Counted from the stretch's first letter, positions 32,604 to 42,970 are shown. The stretch: DNA of 64,000 nt from Fibrobacteria bacterium (GCA_041746255.1 JBGTHM010000126.1:1-64000), one strand, 5' to 3'. The notes: generated by a model from the letters alone, not told the origin. Translations and numbers: made by a program.

Positions 32604-33008
32604 TTAAAGCAGGAAAACTTGGACGAAAGGCAGCGAGACTGCGTTCAGGTCGGGAGGAGAGTGGTAACCGGCGGTATTCCAGTCATGGGAGGTTGTAGAC
32701 AGGGTTGCGAAGACGAGTTGGTCATCCCATAATGAAGGTGTTGGAACCGATTCCACCGGTGGGAAATGGTTCTGATAATCATCGACAGAGATTTCCTGGA
32801 AGTCGTCTTGGCAACAGGGAATGGAGCTGATGATGGGCTGACTATTCGCCTTTCCGGCGGCGGCCTCCATTCCGCAACTAGCCTGACCATGACCCAGAAC
32901 CAGTTTGAATTCAGCCAATTCACCGTTGCAAAAATGCGCGGCAATCCCGGCGTTCAGGGAAACGACCGCCATCAGCAGGATAAGGAATAAGGGCATTAGC
33001 TTTTTCAT
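32604..33008 (-). CDS. HYC_CC_PP-family small secreted protein
   Basis: Signal peptide, HFCNG...CGM...CC...SPP...VFLL; lies upstream of cusA. Confidence 0.8.
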   Translation of the reverse strand: MKKLMPLFLILLMAVVSLNAGIAAHFCNGELAEFKLVLGHGQASCGMEAAAGKANSQPIISSIPCCQDDFQEISVDDYQNHFPPVESVPTPSLWDDQLVFATLSTTSHDWNTAGYHSPPDLNAVSLPFVQVFLL

Positions 33009-33260
33009 GTACTCCCTTATGTTAAATATAATCGCCTAAAAAAGCAATAAATTCGCCATTTTTACCCATGGTTTAAGCATCTAGGGGAGCGAAAACCGCA
33101 TGGAACCCCGAAAACGAAATTATCAATCATCGCCAAAAAATAAAGGCTTGGTCCGGACTTTTCCATTTTTCATACATAATGCAATGGACTCCCGCAACGC
33201 CCGCCCATAAAATAAAAGTGATTACGGTTGCGAATCATGCAATACATGATGGAGAAAATA

Positions 33261-33827
33261 ATGAAATGCTCTGCTCAATTGATTTTTATCGTCTTACTGG
33301 TGGGAACTCGCATTTCCAGCCATGCCACCTCCATGTTCGAACTGGAGTTAAAGGAATTGGCAACTGGTTCCCAACAGGTGGTTCAGGCCAAGGTTACGGC
33401 CGTAGTACCGCAATGGGAGAATAATCAAACCGTCATTAACACTTATGTGCGGTTAAACATAATAGACGACCTGATTGGGGACGACGAAGACAATGAAATT
33501 ATCGTCAAAATACCGGGAGGTCGGATAGGGACAACCGAACTCAGGGTGGAAGGAACGGCCACCTACAACGTAGGGGAAGAAAACGTTCTTTTCCTTTTTC
33601 GAGATGTGGAAAACAGGACGATTTACCAGACTTTGGGAATGTATCAGGGAAAATACTCGGTATATGCGGATGGAAAAGGAATCCGTCGTGTCGCCAGGGA
33701 TACTACCGGAACAGGAGCAGCTCTGTTCAAGCGGGCGGGAGCCGCCGATATCGCAGAAACCGGCGATCATTTAAGTTTGGAGGATTTTAAAAAGACCGTA
33801 ATCCAATACATCAAGAGTGAAAAATAA
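33261..33827 (+). CDS. Secreted hypothetical protein resembling the N-terminal module of matrixin-like proteins
   Basis: Signal peptide; L.EL...S..VV..KV, IVKIPGG.IG, GEENVLFL, GMYQGKY. Confidence 0.7.
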   Translation: MKCSAQLIFIVLLVGTRISSHATSMFELELKELATGSQQVVQAKVTAVVPQWENNQTVINTYVRLNIIDDLIGDDEDNEIIVKIPGGRIGTTELRVEGTATYNVGEENVLFLFRDVENRTIYQTLGMYQGKYSVYADGKGIRRVARDTTGTGAALFKRAGAADIAETGDHLSLEDFKKTVIQYIKSEK

Positions 33828-33840
33828 CGGGAGGGTAAGA

Positions 33841-36327
33841 ATGTATACAATCTATCGGATATTCCTTCTCGTTACTTTTGCGATTAACTCCGTATGGTCT
33901 TATAAGTTTATCGGGCCGAAGTGGCCCGGCGCCAATCCGGTTGTCCAGTATTGGATCAACGAACAAGGAAGCCCCGAAGTCCTGGACGAAGTCGACCACA
34001 TTGTTAAAAGCTTCAAGGTATGGGACCAGGTGCCGACCTCCACGCTGGAAACGAAATATCTCGGAATGACCGCGGCAAACTCGTGCGCCAAAGACAATAT
34101 CAATCTATTGAAATGGGCGAAGGGGCGGGATTGGACTCTAGGACAGGGAGTCATTGCCGCAGCCTATATCTGGTACAAAAGTGACGTCATTCAGGAATTC
34201 GATATCCTGTTCAATGACCAGCATTTTTCCTGGTCTACCTCAGGGGAGGCCAATAAGATGGATGTCGGCCATATCGCCACCCATGAAGTGGGACATGTTC
34301 TTGGATTGGACCATTCCTCGGTTTCAGGGGCCGTGATGTGGCCCACCGCCCGCCCCGGAGACCTTTCCAATAGAAAATTACATTCCGATGACAGTGCGGG
34401 ACTTTCCGCCCTATATCCACGAACCGACAACAACAATCGGGCTCCCGTCATCACCAGTAAACCGGTAACCGAAGCCGTAGCGGGCATGAAATACGCATAT
34501 AGCGTCACCGCCAATGACCCGGATGGCGACCCGGTTACCTTCAAACTTGAAAAGTATCCGCTTAATATGCGCATAGATGAAAAATCCGGACAGATTACCT
34601 GGTTTCCGAAATTCCTGGATGTAGGATCACATACCGTTACGGTAGTTGCGTTGGATAATTCGAGTAAAACCTCCAAGCAAACCTTTCAGGTAGCGGTTAC
34701 CAACCTTCGGGTTTATACCGAAAACAGGGAAATCCGCCTCGGAGATACATTATTCCATGAGGTGAAAGTGTCTCCTATGGATGAATTCGGCATCTTCTCC
34801 GGCAACATCGAACTTGATTTCAACAATTCACAGATGTCGGTATTGGGAGTGGATACCAAGGGTTCCGTGGTCGATGGCGCCTCCTTCTTCAAGAATATCA
34901 CAGACCGTCAGGTAAAAATCGCCTTCGCAGGATCTGATAGTTTTATCGGTGAAGGTATTTTATTTCGCGTGAAGCTTCTAGTTCATGAGGGTTCCTGCGG
35001 TGAAGTGATCCGCATGGGAATCGGAAAAGCCCTGTTCAACGACGGTGAGCCTGCCGCTACCGTCCAAAACGGAGACATCTTCATGAGTTGCCAGGGTGGA
35101 GATGGGTGGTCAGGTGGATACACAATGGACGGTCGGGTTACCTACCTCGGTAACGGAGAAGGCGTATCCAAAGTGAAATTGGATTTCCCTAAAATGGGAA
35201 AAACAACCACCACGCAAGATGACGGATTTTTTGCGTTTAAAAATGTTCCCCTTCTAAAGATGGATTTTTCCATAATCGCCTCGAAAGATTCCGGCGACAT
35301 ACGAAACGCCATTTCCGCCTATGACGCCTCATTGGTATTGCGCCATGTTGTCGGACTTCACTCTTTGAAAGATTTTGAAAACCAGAAATATGCAGCCGAT
35401 GTCAATGGAAATGGAGTTGTAACCGCGTATGATGCGGCTCTGATTTTACGCCATTTGGTGAACTTGAAAGACATTACCCACATTGGATGGTGGGTTGTGT
35501 CTCCTGATAAACGCAATTTCAATGGGATTCTCGGAGACATGCACAATATTAATTTTGGCGCCTACCTAGTCGGGGATGTGAGCGGTAATTGGAAACAAGA
35601 CCTACCTGTCCTAGCCAAACGAACAGCTGAAAACGATAACAAAGTCTTCCTAAGCGAATACCGGCAACAGGACGTTTCACTGCCCTTGGGAGCGATTGAC
35701 GGATATCGATCGGTAATTTCACTGGCACAGGAAATGGAGGGTATGTATTCGGGCGAATTCGAGTTAGCCTATGATAGCGATAAATATGAATTCCTCGATG
35801 CCCGGTCGCTTCCGATGACCAAAGGCTATCTCTTGGAAAGCAATGCCGTTGGCGACAATATCCGTGTCGTTTTCGCCGGCACCGAGCCCCTTCCCGGTTC
35901 CGGCGAATTATTCGAAGTTTTGCTGGCTCCGAAGTCAAAATTGGGAACGCCACCGCCGCTCAATTCCGATCTCGCCTATTTCAAGGTGAATGAAGGACTC
36001 TTTCAATCTGTGGGAATTATGCAACACGATTCAAAAAATGCGGCTCGGTTCGCCGGTAAACGCCAATTCCGGGTTCAACCGAGAACCGGAGGCCACCTGG
36101 AAATGGAATATTTCGCGGAAACGCCGAGCGAGGTTAGCTTTTCCTTGCTGGACGTCAAGGGACGCATGGTAAAACGGATGTCCCAAGGGCATAAACACTC
36201 CGGCAGCCATAGGCTGACTTGGGAAATCGATAATCGTGGAAACTCCGCAAGGTCAAATCAAATCTATTTCGTAGCCATTTCCATGGGTTCCCGGTCCGAG
36301 ACCGTTAAAGTGTTACTCGTGGAATAA
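33841..36327 (+). CDS. Multidomain matrixin (M10) metalloprotease: peptidase - Ig - cohesin - beta-sandwich - dockerin - cohesin - C-terminal sorting-like domain
   Basis: HEVGHVLGLDH plus Met-turn AVMWP; NRAPVITS...DPDGD; dockerin pair ISAYDASLVLRH / DVNGNGVVTAYDAALILRH; two cohesin-like segments; GGAGG SD before 33841. Confidence 0.85.
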   Translation: MYTIYRIFLLVTFAINSVWSYKFIGPKWPGANPVVQYWINEQGSPEVLDEVDHIVKSFKVWDQVPTSTLETKYLGMTAANSCAKDNINLLKWAKGRDWTLGQGVIAAAYIWYKSDVIQEFDILFNDQHFSWSTSGEANKMDVGHIATHEVGHVLGLDHSSVSGAVMWPTARPGDLSNRKLHSDDSAGLSALYPRTDNNNRAPVITSKPVTEAVAGMKYAYSVTANDPDGDPVTFKLEKYPLNMRIDEKSGQITWFPKFLDVGSHTVTVVALDNSSKTSKQTFQVAVTNLRVYTENREIRLGDTLFHEVKVSPMDEFGIFSGNIELDFNNSQMSVLGVDTKGSVVDGASFFKNITDRQVKIAFAGSDSFIGEGILFRVKLLVHEGSCGEVIRMGIGKALFNDGEPAATVQNGDIFMSCQGGDGWSGGYTMDGRVTYLGNGEGVSKVKLDFPKMGKTTTTQDDGFFAFKNVPLLKMDFSIIASKDSGDIRNAISAYDASLVLRHVVGLHSLKDFENQKYAADVNGNGVVTAYDAALILRHLVNLKDITHIGWWVVSPDKRNFNGILGDMHNINFGAYLVGDVSGNWKQDLPVLAKRTAENDNKVFLSEYRQQDVSLPLGAIDGYRSVISLAQEMEGMYSGEFELAYDSDKYEFLDARSLPMTKGYLLESNAVGDNIRVVFAGTEPLPGSGELFEVLLAPKSKLGTPPPLNSDLAYFKVNEGLFQSVGIMQHDSKNAARFAGKRQFRVQPRTGGHLEMEYFAETPSEVSFSLLDVKGRMVKRMSQGHKHSGSHRLTWEIDNRGNSARSNQIYFVAISMGSRSETVKVLLVE

Positions 36328-36453
36328 TTGGTCTCTTCCCAGCCGCTGCCCCTCCGGTTTTGTTAACTTATCCCCGCCCAATGGCCCTCGGCGGGTTTGA
36401 TCATGGGCAAACACAATTAAATCGTTCAAATAACGGTCTGTAAAGGGAATCAC

Positions 36454-36966
36454 TTGGCCAAAATGCATCAAAATGAGATAAAGCTCTACCCTTACCGGGA
36501 CCAATGGCATAAGGCCTACGTTAAGGAAACAAAAAACCTGGAAAGGGAACTAGCCGGCTATGTTTTCGGCATGGAACATATCGGCAGCACAGCCGTTCCG
36601 GATATGTCGGCCACGCTCAATATCGATATCCTCATCGGCGTGGACGCATTGGCCGAAATCAAAGAATTCGAATCCATCCTCACCGAAATGGGATATCTCC
36701 TTTCCAATATCTCTCACGGTCCCAAACACAGACTCTATATTTTCGATAGCCAACAGGGTTATCACCTGCATTTTTTCGAGGCCCGTAATCTCAAAGAAAC
36801 TCCCTATGTAAAATTCCGCGACGCCTTGATTAACGATGCGAAATTGGCAAAGGAATTCAAGGAGTATAAAATCCGGCTGGTCGGAAACTACAAGTGTAAA
36901 CCCAGCTGGTATGCCGTGGAAAAATCGAAATGGATTTCCGGAAGGTTGACTGGCAGTGTTGAATGA
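36454..36966 (+). CDS. GrpB-family nucleotidyltransferase-fold protein
   Basis: EHIGSTAVP...IDILIGV, HLH, FRDAL, Y...K. Confidence 0.85.
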   Translation: MAKMHQNEIKLYPYRDQWHKAYVKETKNLERELAGYVFGMEHIGSTAVPDMSATLNIDILIGVDALAEIKEFESILTEMGYLLSNISHGPKHRLYIFDSQQGYHLHFFEARNLKETPYVKFRDALINDAKLAKEFKEYKIRLVGNYKCKPSWYAVEKSKWISGRLTGSVE

Positions 36967-36998
36967 GGATATTTTGCAATGTCGGATAAATTCTCGGT

Positions 36999-39533
36999 TT
37001 ATCCCGTCAATATTTCCCGTATTTTTTCCAACAGGGCTGCTCCCGTGAAGGGTTTCTGAAGGAAGGCGGCATCCTTTTTTAAAATACCCCATTGGAATAT
37101 GGTATTTTCCGTGTACCCCGACATGAACAGAACCTTGGCGTGGGGATGGTTCGTCCGGATTTTTTCCGCCAACTGCACTCCCCCGATTCCGGGCATGACT
37201 ACGTCCGTAAGTAGCAAATCCAGGCGTTCCGCCTCACCGGCCAGAGACTCGGCTTCTGTGCCTGAAGCAGCGTGTATCACCGAATAACCCTGATCCGTGA
37301 GTGCCCGGATTATGAATTTGCGGACGGACGCGTCATCCTCAACCAATAGAATGTGTTCGTTACCCCCCTTGCCAATTGTCTGTTTAGCGGGTGACGGTTC
37401 TTTCTCATCTGGAGGCGCTTCTACTACTGGAAGGTAAACTTTGAAGGTGCTGCCATGACCGACCTCGGAATAAACCATGATATTACCGCCGCTTTGTTTA
37501 ATGCAGCCATAGACACTGGATAGGCCCAGCCCGGTCCCCTTACCTATTTCCTTAGTGGTGAAAAAGGGTTCAAACAGCTGGCCCTTCACTTCTGGTGACA
37601 TACCGGTACCGGTATCACTAACGGTAAGCAAAACATGCGGACCCGGCAGAGTTTCGGGATGCTGTTCTGAGTATTCGTCACTCAGGACCACATTGGAGGT
37701 TTCCAGCATCAGCCTTCCACCTTGCGGCATGGCATCCCTGGCATTCAGCGCCAGATTCAAAATCACATGCTCCATTTGATTCGGGTCCATGCGAATCATA
37801 CGTAGATTCGGATCCCGGAAAGTCACCAATTCAATATCTTCACCAATGAGCCGATGGAGCAAGGTTTCCATATCTGAAACGATATCGTTGAGGTTGAGAA
37901 TCTTTGGTAAAAGCATTTGCTTGCGGCTGAAGGCCAAAAGTTGACTGGTCAAACCGGCGGCACGATTACCGGACCGGTTGATTTCCTCGAGAATCTCGTA
38001 GAGGGGATCTTTCGGGCTGATCATGTTTAAGCCCATACTGCTGTATCCGTTAATGGCGGTCAACAAATTATTGAAGTCGTGTGCCACTCCTCCAGCCAGG
38101 CGACCCACCGCTTCCATCTTTTGGGATTGACGCAACTGATCTTCAGTATCCCGAATTTTATCCGCATCCTCTTTCTGCCGGGTAATATTCGAGCTGGTCC
38201 CAATAAGCCGGTAGGTTTTCCCGGTTTCATCGACAAGTGGCGCGAGCCGCGTTAACCAATGGGTAGGTTTTCCCCGAATTGGCACCGTTTCTTCGTATTC
38301 CATCGGAACTTGCGATTCAGCGCAGGCCCGATACCTCGCTTCCAAACCAGTGACCGCTTCTTCCGGGAAAAACCGGCTCAATTCACGGGTTGATTTTCCC
38401 TTCATCACCGTCGCATCGAACCCGAACCCCTCAGCCAATCTGAGATAGGCAGGATTGTTTCCCACAATGATAAATCGACCCTCTTTATCCACATCGACTA
38501 CGAAAATCGCTTCCTCGGCGCCATTATAAATACTTTCCAGGAAACGTTCATTCTCCAGTAAGGTTCTCTCCGCATTCTTCCGCTCCAGGAATTGCGCCAA
38601 TTGCCGGCCAACCGAAAGCAGTAAATTGACAATCTCACCATTTTCCTTCAATTCTTGAACGGAGAAAAATTCAAAAATTCCCAGAACACGTTTGTCCAGG
38701 AAAATGGGGAAAGCGAAGGCTGTCATCAGCCCCGCCTTTGCAGCAGTATCCAGTCGGGGAAAATTCATATCGGCATCTCTGATTCCAAGCCATAGCGGGG
38801 CCGCGGATTCCCAGACCCGACCGGGAAGGCCCACCCCAGGAGGAAAAGTTATTGTCCGGCTTTGTTCAGCGAATGCCTCGAAGGAATCGGAAAGCAAGGA
38901 GCGCATTTCCACGCAGCGTAAAACATCAATATCCCGATCCAGAACCCAGAGAGCGCCGACGTCCCAAGGCATTCGCTCCAAAATGGCATCAAGCAGCGCT
39001 GGAGCCGCGCCTTGCAAGCTCTGTGATTCGGAAAGCACCCGGGTAGCGGCGATTTGGAGACATATCCGGTCCTCAGCCGCCTTTTGCTCGGTGAGGTCAC
39101 GGATGAAAGCCGTAAAAATCCAGCTGCCCCCGATTTTCGCAGGGGTGATGGTGAGCTCGACGGGGAATTCCATACCCCCCCGTCGAAGCGCTGTGATTCC
39201 AATGCGGCGACCCAGGATGGGACCCTTTCCCGTGGATAGAAACCGCTGCATACCCCGATCATGGGCTTCCCTCAAGTGAGGTGGAACTATGAAATCGGCC
39301 ATTGACTTACCAACGACTTCAGCCTCATTCCAACCGAATAAGTTGTGGGCTTGGCCGTTCCAGTCGATTATTAGACCGGATCGATCGATGGTTATGATGG
39401 CATCTAAAGAGGAATCTAAAATGAGGCGATAACGTTTTTCCGAATCACCAGCACTACTAGGATGCCACTCCTCCGAGGGTGATTTTTGCAAGTGGGGATG
39501 CTCATCAGAAACCATACCTTGATAAGATATCAA
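36999..39533 (-). CDS. Hybrid sensor histidine kinase (PAS-GAF-PAS-HisKA-HATPase-REC)
   Basis: QKMEAVGRLAGGVAHDFNNLL, NARDAM, FEPFFTTK, GTGLGL, LLLTDVVMPG, LQKPF. Confidence 0.95.
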   Translation of the reverse strand: MISYQGMVSDEHPHLQKSPSEEWHPSSAGDSEKRYRLILDSSLDAIITIDRSGLIIDWNGQAHNLFGWNEAEVVGKSMADFIVPPHLREAHDRGMQRFLSTGKGPILGRRIGITALRRGGMEFPVELTITPAKIGGSWIFTAFIRDLTEQKAAEDRICLQIAATRVLSESQSLQGAAPALLDAILERMPWDVGALWVLDRDIDVLRCVEMRSLLSDSFEAFAEQSRTITFPPGVGLPGRVWESAAPLWLGIRDADMNFPRLDTAAKAGLMTAFAFPIFLDKRVLGIFEFFSVQELKENGEIVNLLLSVGRQLAQFLERKNAERTLLENERFLESIYNGAEEAIFVVDVDKEGRFIIVGNNPAYLRLAEGFGFDATVMKGKSTRELSRFFPEEAVTGLEARYRACAESQVPMEYEETVPIRGKPTHWLTRLAPLVDETGKTYRLIGTSSNITRQKEDADKIRDTEDQLRQSQKMEAVGRLAGGVAHDFNNLLTAINGYSSMGLNMISPKDPLYEILEEINRSGNRAAGLTSQLLAFSRKQMLLPKILNLNDIVSDMETLLHRLIGEDIELVTFRDPNLRMIRMDPNQMEHVILNLALNARDAMPQGGRLMLETSNVVLSDEYSEQHPETLPGPHVLLTVSDTGTGMSPEVKGQLFEPFFTTKEIGKGTGLGLSSVYGCIKQSGGNIMVYSEVGHGSTFKVYLPVVEAPPDEKEPSPAKQTIGKGGNEHILLVEDDASVRKFIIRALTDQGYSVIHAASGTEAESLAGEAERLDLLLTDVVMPGIGGVQLAEKIRTNHPHAKVLFMSGYTENTIFQWGILKKDAAFLQKPFTGAALLEKIREILTG

Positions 39534-39801
39534 TTCATCAAAAGAAAAGATAAAAAATGCGAAATTCCACCTTTTTTGATAGTCGCCAGTAAATACTTCT
39601 CATTTACGATACCTGGTGTTATCATGAGAGCATAATTGGGGCGAATGCACCCCAGATTATCTAAAAAGTCAATGAAATTAAGGGTTTGGGGTTTGATGAC
39701 CCCAACCTGTAGAAGAGATTTCCGTGAAAAAAAATAAGGCATGGAATTACTTTTGGAAAAAGCACCCACCAGGGAATATGATGCATTAGAATGATGGAAT
39801 T

Positions 39802-40650
39802 ATGACTCGCCCCAACCGAAAAACATTTTTCCCATACCTGCGAACCATTCCCGGGATTATCCTGTGCATTGCCTTTGTTAACAGTGCGACAAAGCCCACA
39901 TGCGAATATACGAAAGCGATTCGGCAAGCCGAATTGGGGAATCACCAAGCCAGCCTGAAAATATTGGAACGGTGCCCCGCCGACGATTCCGTATCCCATT
40001 TCTGGAAAGGTCTAAACTACCATGCACTCTATCAACCGGATCCCTCTTTACTGCATTTAAAAAAAGCTTATGGCCAAGGCATACGCAATGATACCTTGCT
40101 GATTAAATTGGCCGAGGTATTCCTCTGGAAGAAGAACTTCCGCGAGGCCTCACGTTTGACGGAACAGGTTATCGACAAGCGCCACCCGGAATTTCTCAAG
40201 GTCAAGGCGCGTCATCACGAAATCCTGGGGGAATTCGCGGAGGCGATAAAACTTTATGACTTGGCCATAGCCAAGGAAAAACTTCCTTATGAAACCATGG
40301 CCCGTAAAGCAACCGTCCTTTCCTGGGCCAAGGATTACGACGGAGCCATCGCCCTTTTCACCGAAATCATCTCCGCGAAAAAGGTTCTTCCACCATTAAG
40401 GAAGAACTGCTTGATACGACGAGCGGAGGTGGTATCCTGGAAAAAAGATTTCGTAGCCGCACTGGCCGATTTGGACGCGGTATTGAAAATGGATAAACAA
40501 AACAGCGAAGCCATTTTACTCAAGGGGAAAATCCTCGAGTGGCAAGGAGAATACCTTTCCGCTAAAAAATTGTATGCGGAAATCCTGAGTTTCGACGCCG
40601 AAAATGACCAGGCGAAGATGCGGTTGGAAAAATTGGAATGGGTCAAATAA
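39802..40650 (+). CDS. Secreted TPR protein (PgaA/AlgK-like scaffold)
   Basis: Signal peptide; TPR repeats with LSW/VSW/LEW motifs; paralog of 48357. Confidence 0.75.
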   Translation: MTRPNRKTFFPYLRTIPGIILCIAFVNSATKPTCEYTKAIRQAELGNHQASLKILERCPADDSVSHFWKGLNYHALYQPDPSLLHLKKAYGQGIRNDTLLIKLAEVFLWKKNFREASRLTEQVIDKRHPEFLKVKARHHEILGEFAEAIKLYDLAIAKEKLPYETMARKATVLSWAKDYDGAIALFTEIISAKKVLPPLRKNCLIRRAEVVSWKKDFVAALADLDAVLKMDKQNSEAILLKGKILEWQGEYLSAKKLYAEILSFDAENDQAKMRLEKLEWVK

Positions 40651-40663
40651 AAAGTAGGAGTTT

Positions 40664-41827
40664 ATGAAATTATCTATATGGATTATAGTCGGGGCCATAT
40701 CGGGAATGGGATTCCCTTCCATCACGTATTCACAAGAGACACTTACTGCCGTAACCACCAAGACCTATGCGCTCTTGGACGATAAGAAGGCGGTCTATCT
40801 CGACTACCCATCGTCGAAGGCGACCCTCTATCAAATCACTTTGGCGGACAAGAGCAAAAAAGTTCTCGTTCCCGAAGGTACGGGGCCAAACTCTACCTTG
40901 TATTTCATGTATTTCGGAGTATCGGGAGACCATCTGGCGTATATACCCTTCTCCACGCAGCCGAAGCCGACCTACCCCTTAAACTATGTCAACCTGGCTA
41001 CCGGCGCCAAAAAAAAATTGACCGCAGATGAAGGATGGAAGGAAACCGTGGAGGTGGGTGGCAACATCGCAGTCTGGATAGATTTTCGCCATAAGACGGC
41101 AGGCGACAAGAATAGCGAAATCTACCTGCACAATCTTTCAACCGGTGCGGAAAAGCGAATTACGACAAGTGTCAGTTATCAGACAAAGGCCGTTACCGAT
41201 GGAAAGCATGTCGCCTGGGTCGACTATGCTAACGGAAATAAAGGCATTGTGGTTCTCCATGATATCGCCACCGGTAAGGATTTTCCGTTGGGCGATGGAA
41301 CTTCACATCAAGATAACCCCCGGGTTTCAGGCGATTTTGTCGTATGGGAAGATTACAGGAATGCGACTTCCGATACCACAAATGCGGATATTTACGCCTA
41401 TAATATCAAAACCAAAGAAACCTTGGGAATTTGTGTAAAACCCGGGTTCCAAGGTACGCCCTATATCAGTGGAAATGCTGTGGTCTGGGAAGATCACCGT
41501 AACGCAGGAAATACGCCTGGAAATGCGGATATTTATGCCTATGATTTGGTGGATGGAAAGGAATATCAGGTTACCCAGGGTCTCGGGTTTGAAGGATCGC
41601 CGGTCGTCTATGGCAATAAAGTGGTCTGGCTGGGTATTGAAGGTAGCGTGATGAGCCTATATCTCGGATCGGTCTCATTCGGAAATACTTCGGTAAAACA
41701 GACTCGGCCTGATTTTTTCCAGAGCGGAAAAAATTCCGGGTCTGAGGTTTATCGGTTGGATGGAAGGGCAGTAACAGGTCCCATGCAAAAATTCCATCCA
41801 GCCTATTTCTCGCCCTGGGTAAAATAG
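40664..41827 (+). CDS. Secreted beta-propeller repeat protein
   Basis: Repeats V(V)W(E/I)D(Y/H/F)R....(A/S)(D/E)IY.Y(N/D)(L/I), resembling the methanogen cell-surface propeller repeat; tail VYRLDGR. Confidence 0.75.
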   Translation: MKLSIWIIVGAISGMGFPSITYSQETLTAVTTKTYALLDDKKAVYLDYPSSKATLYQITLADKSKKVLVPEGTGPNSTLYFMYFGVSGDHLAYIPFSTQPKPTYPLNYVNLATGAKKKLTADEGWKETVEVGGNIAVWIDFRHKTAGDKNSEIYLHNLSTGAEKRITTSVSYQTKAVTDGKHVAWVDYANGNKGIVVLHDIATGKDFPLGDGTSHQDNPRVSGDFVVWEDYRNATSDTTNADIYAYNIKTKETLGICVKPGFQGTPYISGNAVVWEDHRNAGNTPGNADIYAYDLVDGKEYQVTQGLGFEGSPVVYGNKVVWLGIEGSVMSLYLGSVSFGNTSVKQTRPDFFQSGKNSGSEVYRLDGRAVTGPMQKFHPAYFSPWVK

Positions 41828-41831
41828 CAGC

Positions 41832-42950
41832 ATGCCATTCAGGCTTTTACCTCCCCTTTTGGGCCTAATCTGCCTGGTAGAAGGGGCGAATATTCGCTTG
41901 GGGGCGGATTCGCAATGGGACAGCGAAGAATTGCTGTGGGTGAACCGTGGCTCCGTCGAGGCGAACCATTTCTCTGCGCCGTTCGGATCCGTTTCCGTCT
42001 CGGGCCGATATACCCATCACGGTATACTTGAAAATGCCTTCGGGCTCACACCCTTCAATGACAAATTTTACGGCCTGCGCTCCCATTATATCTTGGACCT
42101 GGGGACATACCGGCTGAAAACCGGGGTCGGATGGAATGATTTGGATAAACGGGATGACTTTTACACCCATGCCGGGTTAACCGCCCATTGGCCGATTTCG
42201 ATTGGAACCGGCAGTTCCATCCGTTCCAGTCTTTCCTATACGGGTGAGGTAAATCGGGCCAATCCCCTTCTCTCCATACTTTCCATGCAAAGCCGCGCAA
42301 CTGGATTGGAAGTGGTGTTCCAAACGGGCCCTTGGGTAGTGGAAACGGCAGTCAGCCAAACTTCATTTTCGGCCGCAGATTCGCAGGCTCTGAATGAAAT
42401 ACTAGGCACAACCCGTTCCTTCAACCATATTCCCGAGAACCGGATTTGGAGGGGACATATTTACTTCTACCGCCCTGTGTGGGATTTCCTATATGTGGGA
42501 GCCTATGCGAATTTTGCCGATAGCCGCCACGATTTTTATCAGGCTACCCTCACGCCGACCGCAAACACCGGCAGGTATATGTACTTCCCCTACGAAACAC
42601 CGGTGGAATCCTTCGCACTGGGAGGTGTCCTTTCCGTATCCGTGAATTTAGACGACTTTTTCATTCCGCTCGGCACTCTGAATTCCCGGCTAACCATTCC
42701 CTTCTATTCCCGACGTCAACAATTCTGGGAAGTGATCTCCCCTCCCTTCTATAGCGGCAGCGGGTACTACGCTTTCGAGGGCAGCGAACCCATGCTCAGC
42801 GGCGTAGCTTGGAAAAAGGAGTTAATATCACATGTTACTCTCGCAATTGATTACTCCTTTTATCTCAAACCCTATTACGCATACGGTATTTTCCGCCAAG
42901 AAAGTTATCGCCTGCATCAAGTAGAACTGTCCACTACTTATTCCTTTTGA
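41832..42950 (+). CDS. Putative outer-membrane beta-barrel (possible polymer export porin)
   Basis: Signal peptide, amphipathic aromatic-rich strands, C-terminal VELSTTYSF. Confidence 0.6.
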   Translation: MPFRLLPPLLGLICLVEGANIRLGADSQWDSEELLWVNRGSVEANHFSAPFGSVSVSGRYTHHGILENAFGLTPFNDKFYGLRSHYILDLGTYRLKTGVGWNDLDKRDDFYTHAGLTAHWPISIGTGSSIRSSLSYTGEVNRANPLLSILSMQSRATGLEVVFQTGPWVVETAVSQTSFSAADSQALNEILGTTRSFNHIPENRIWRGHIYFYRPVWDFLYVGAYANFADSRHDFYQATLTPTANTGRYMYFPYETPVESFALGGVLSVSVNLDDFFIPLGTLNSRLTIPFYSRRQQFWEVISPPFYSGSGYYAFEGSEPMLSGVAWKKELISHVTLAIDYSFYLKPYYAYGIFRQESYRLHQVELSTTYSF

Positions 42951-42970
42951 GAAAGTATTAGATACGGGTC

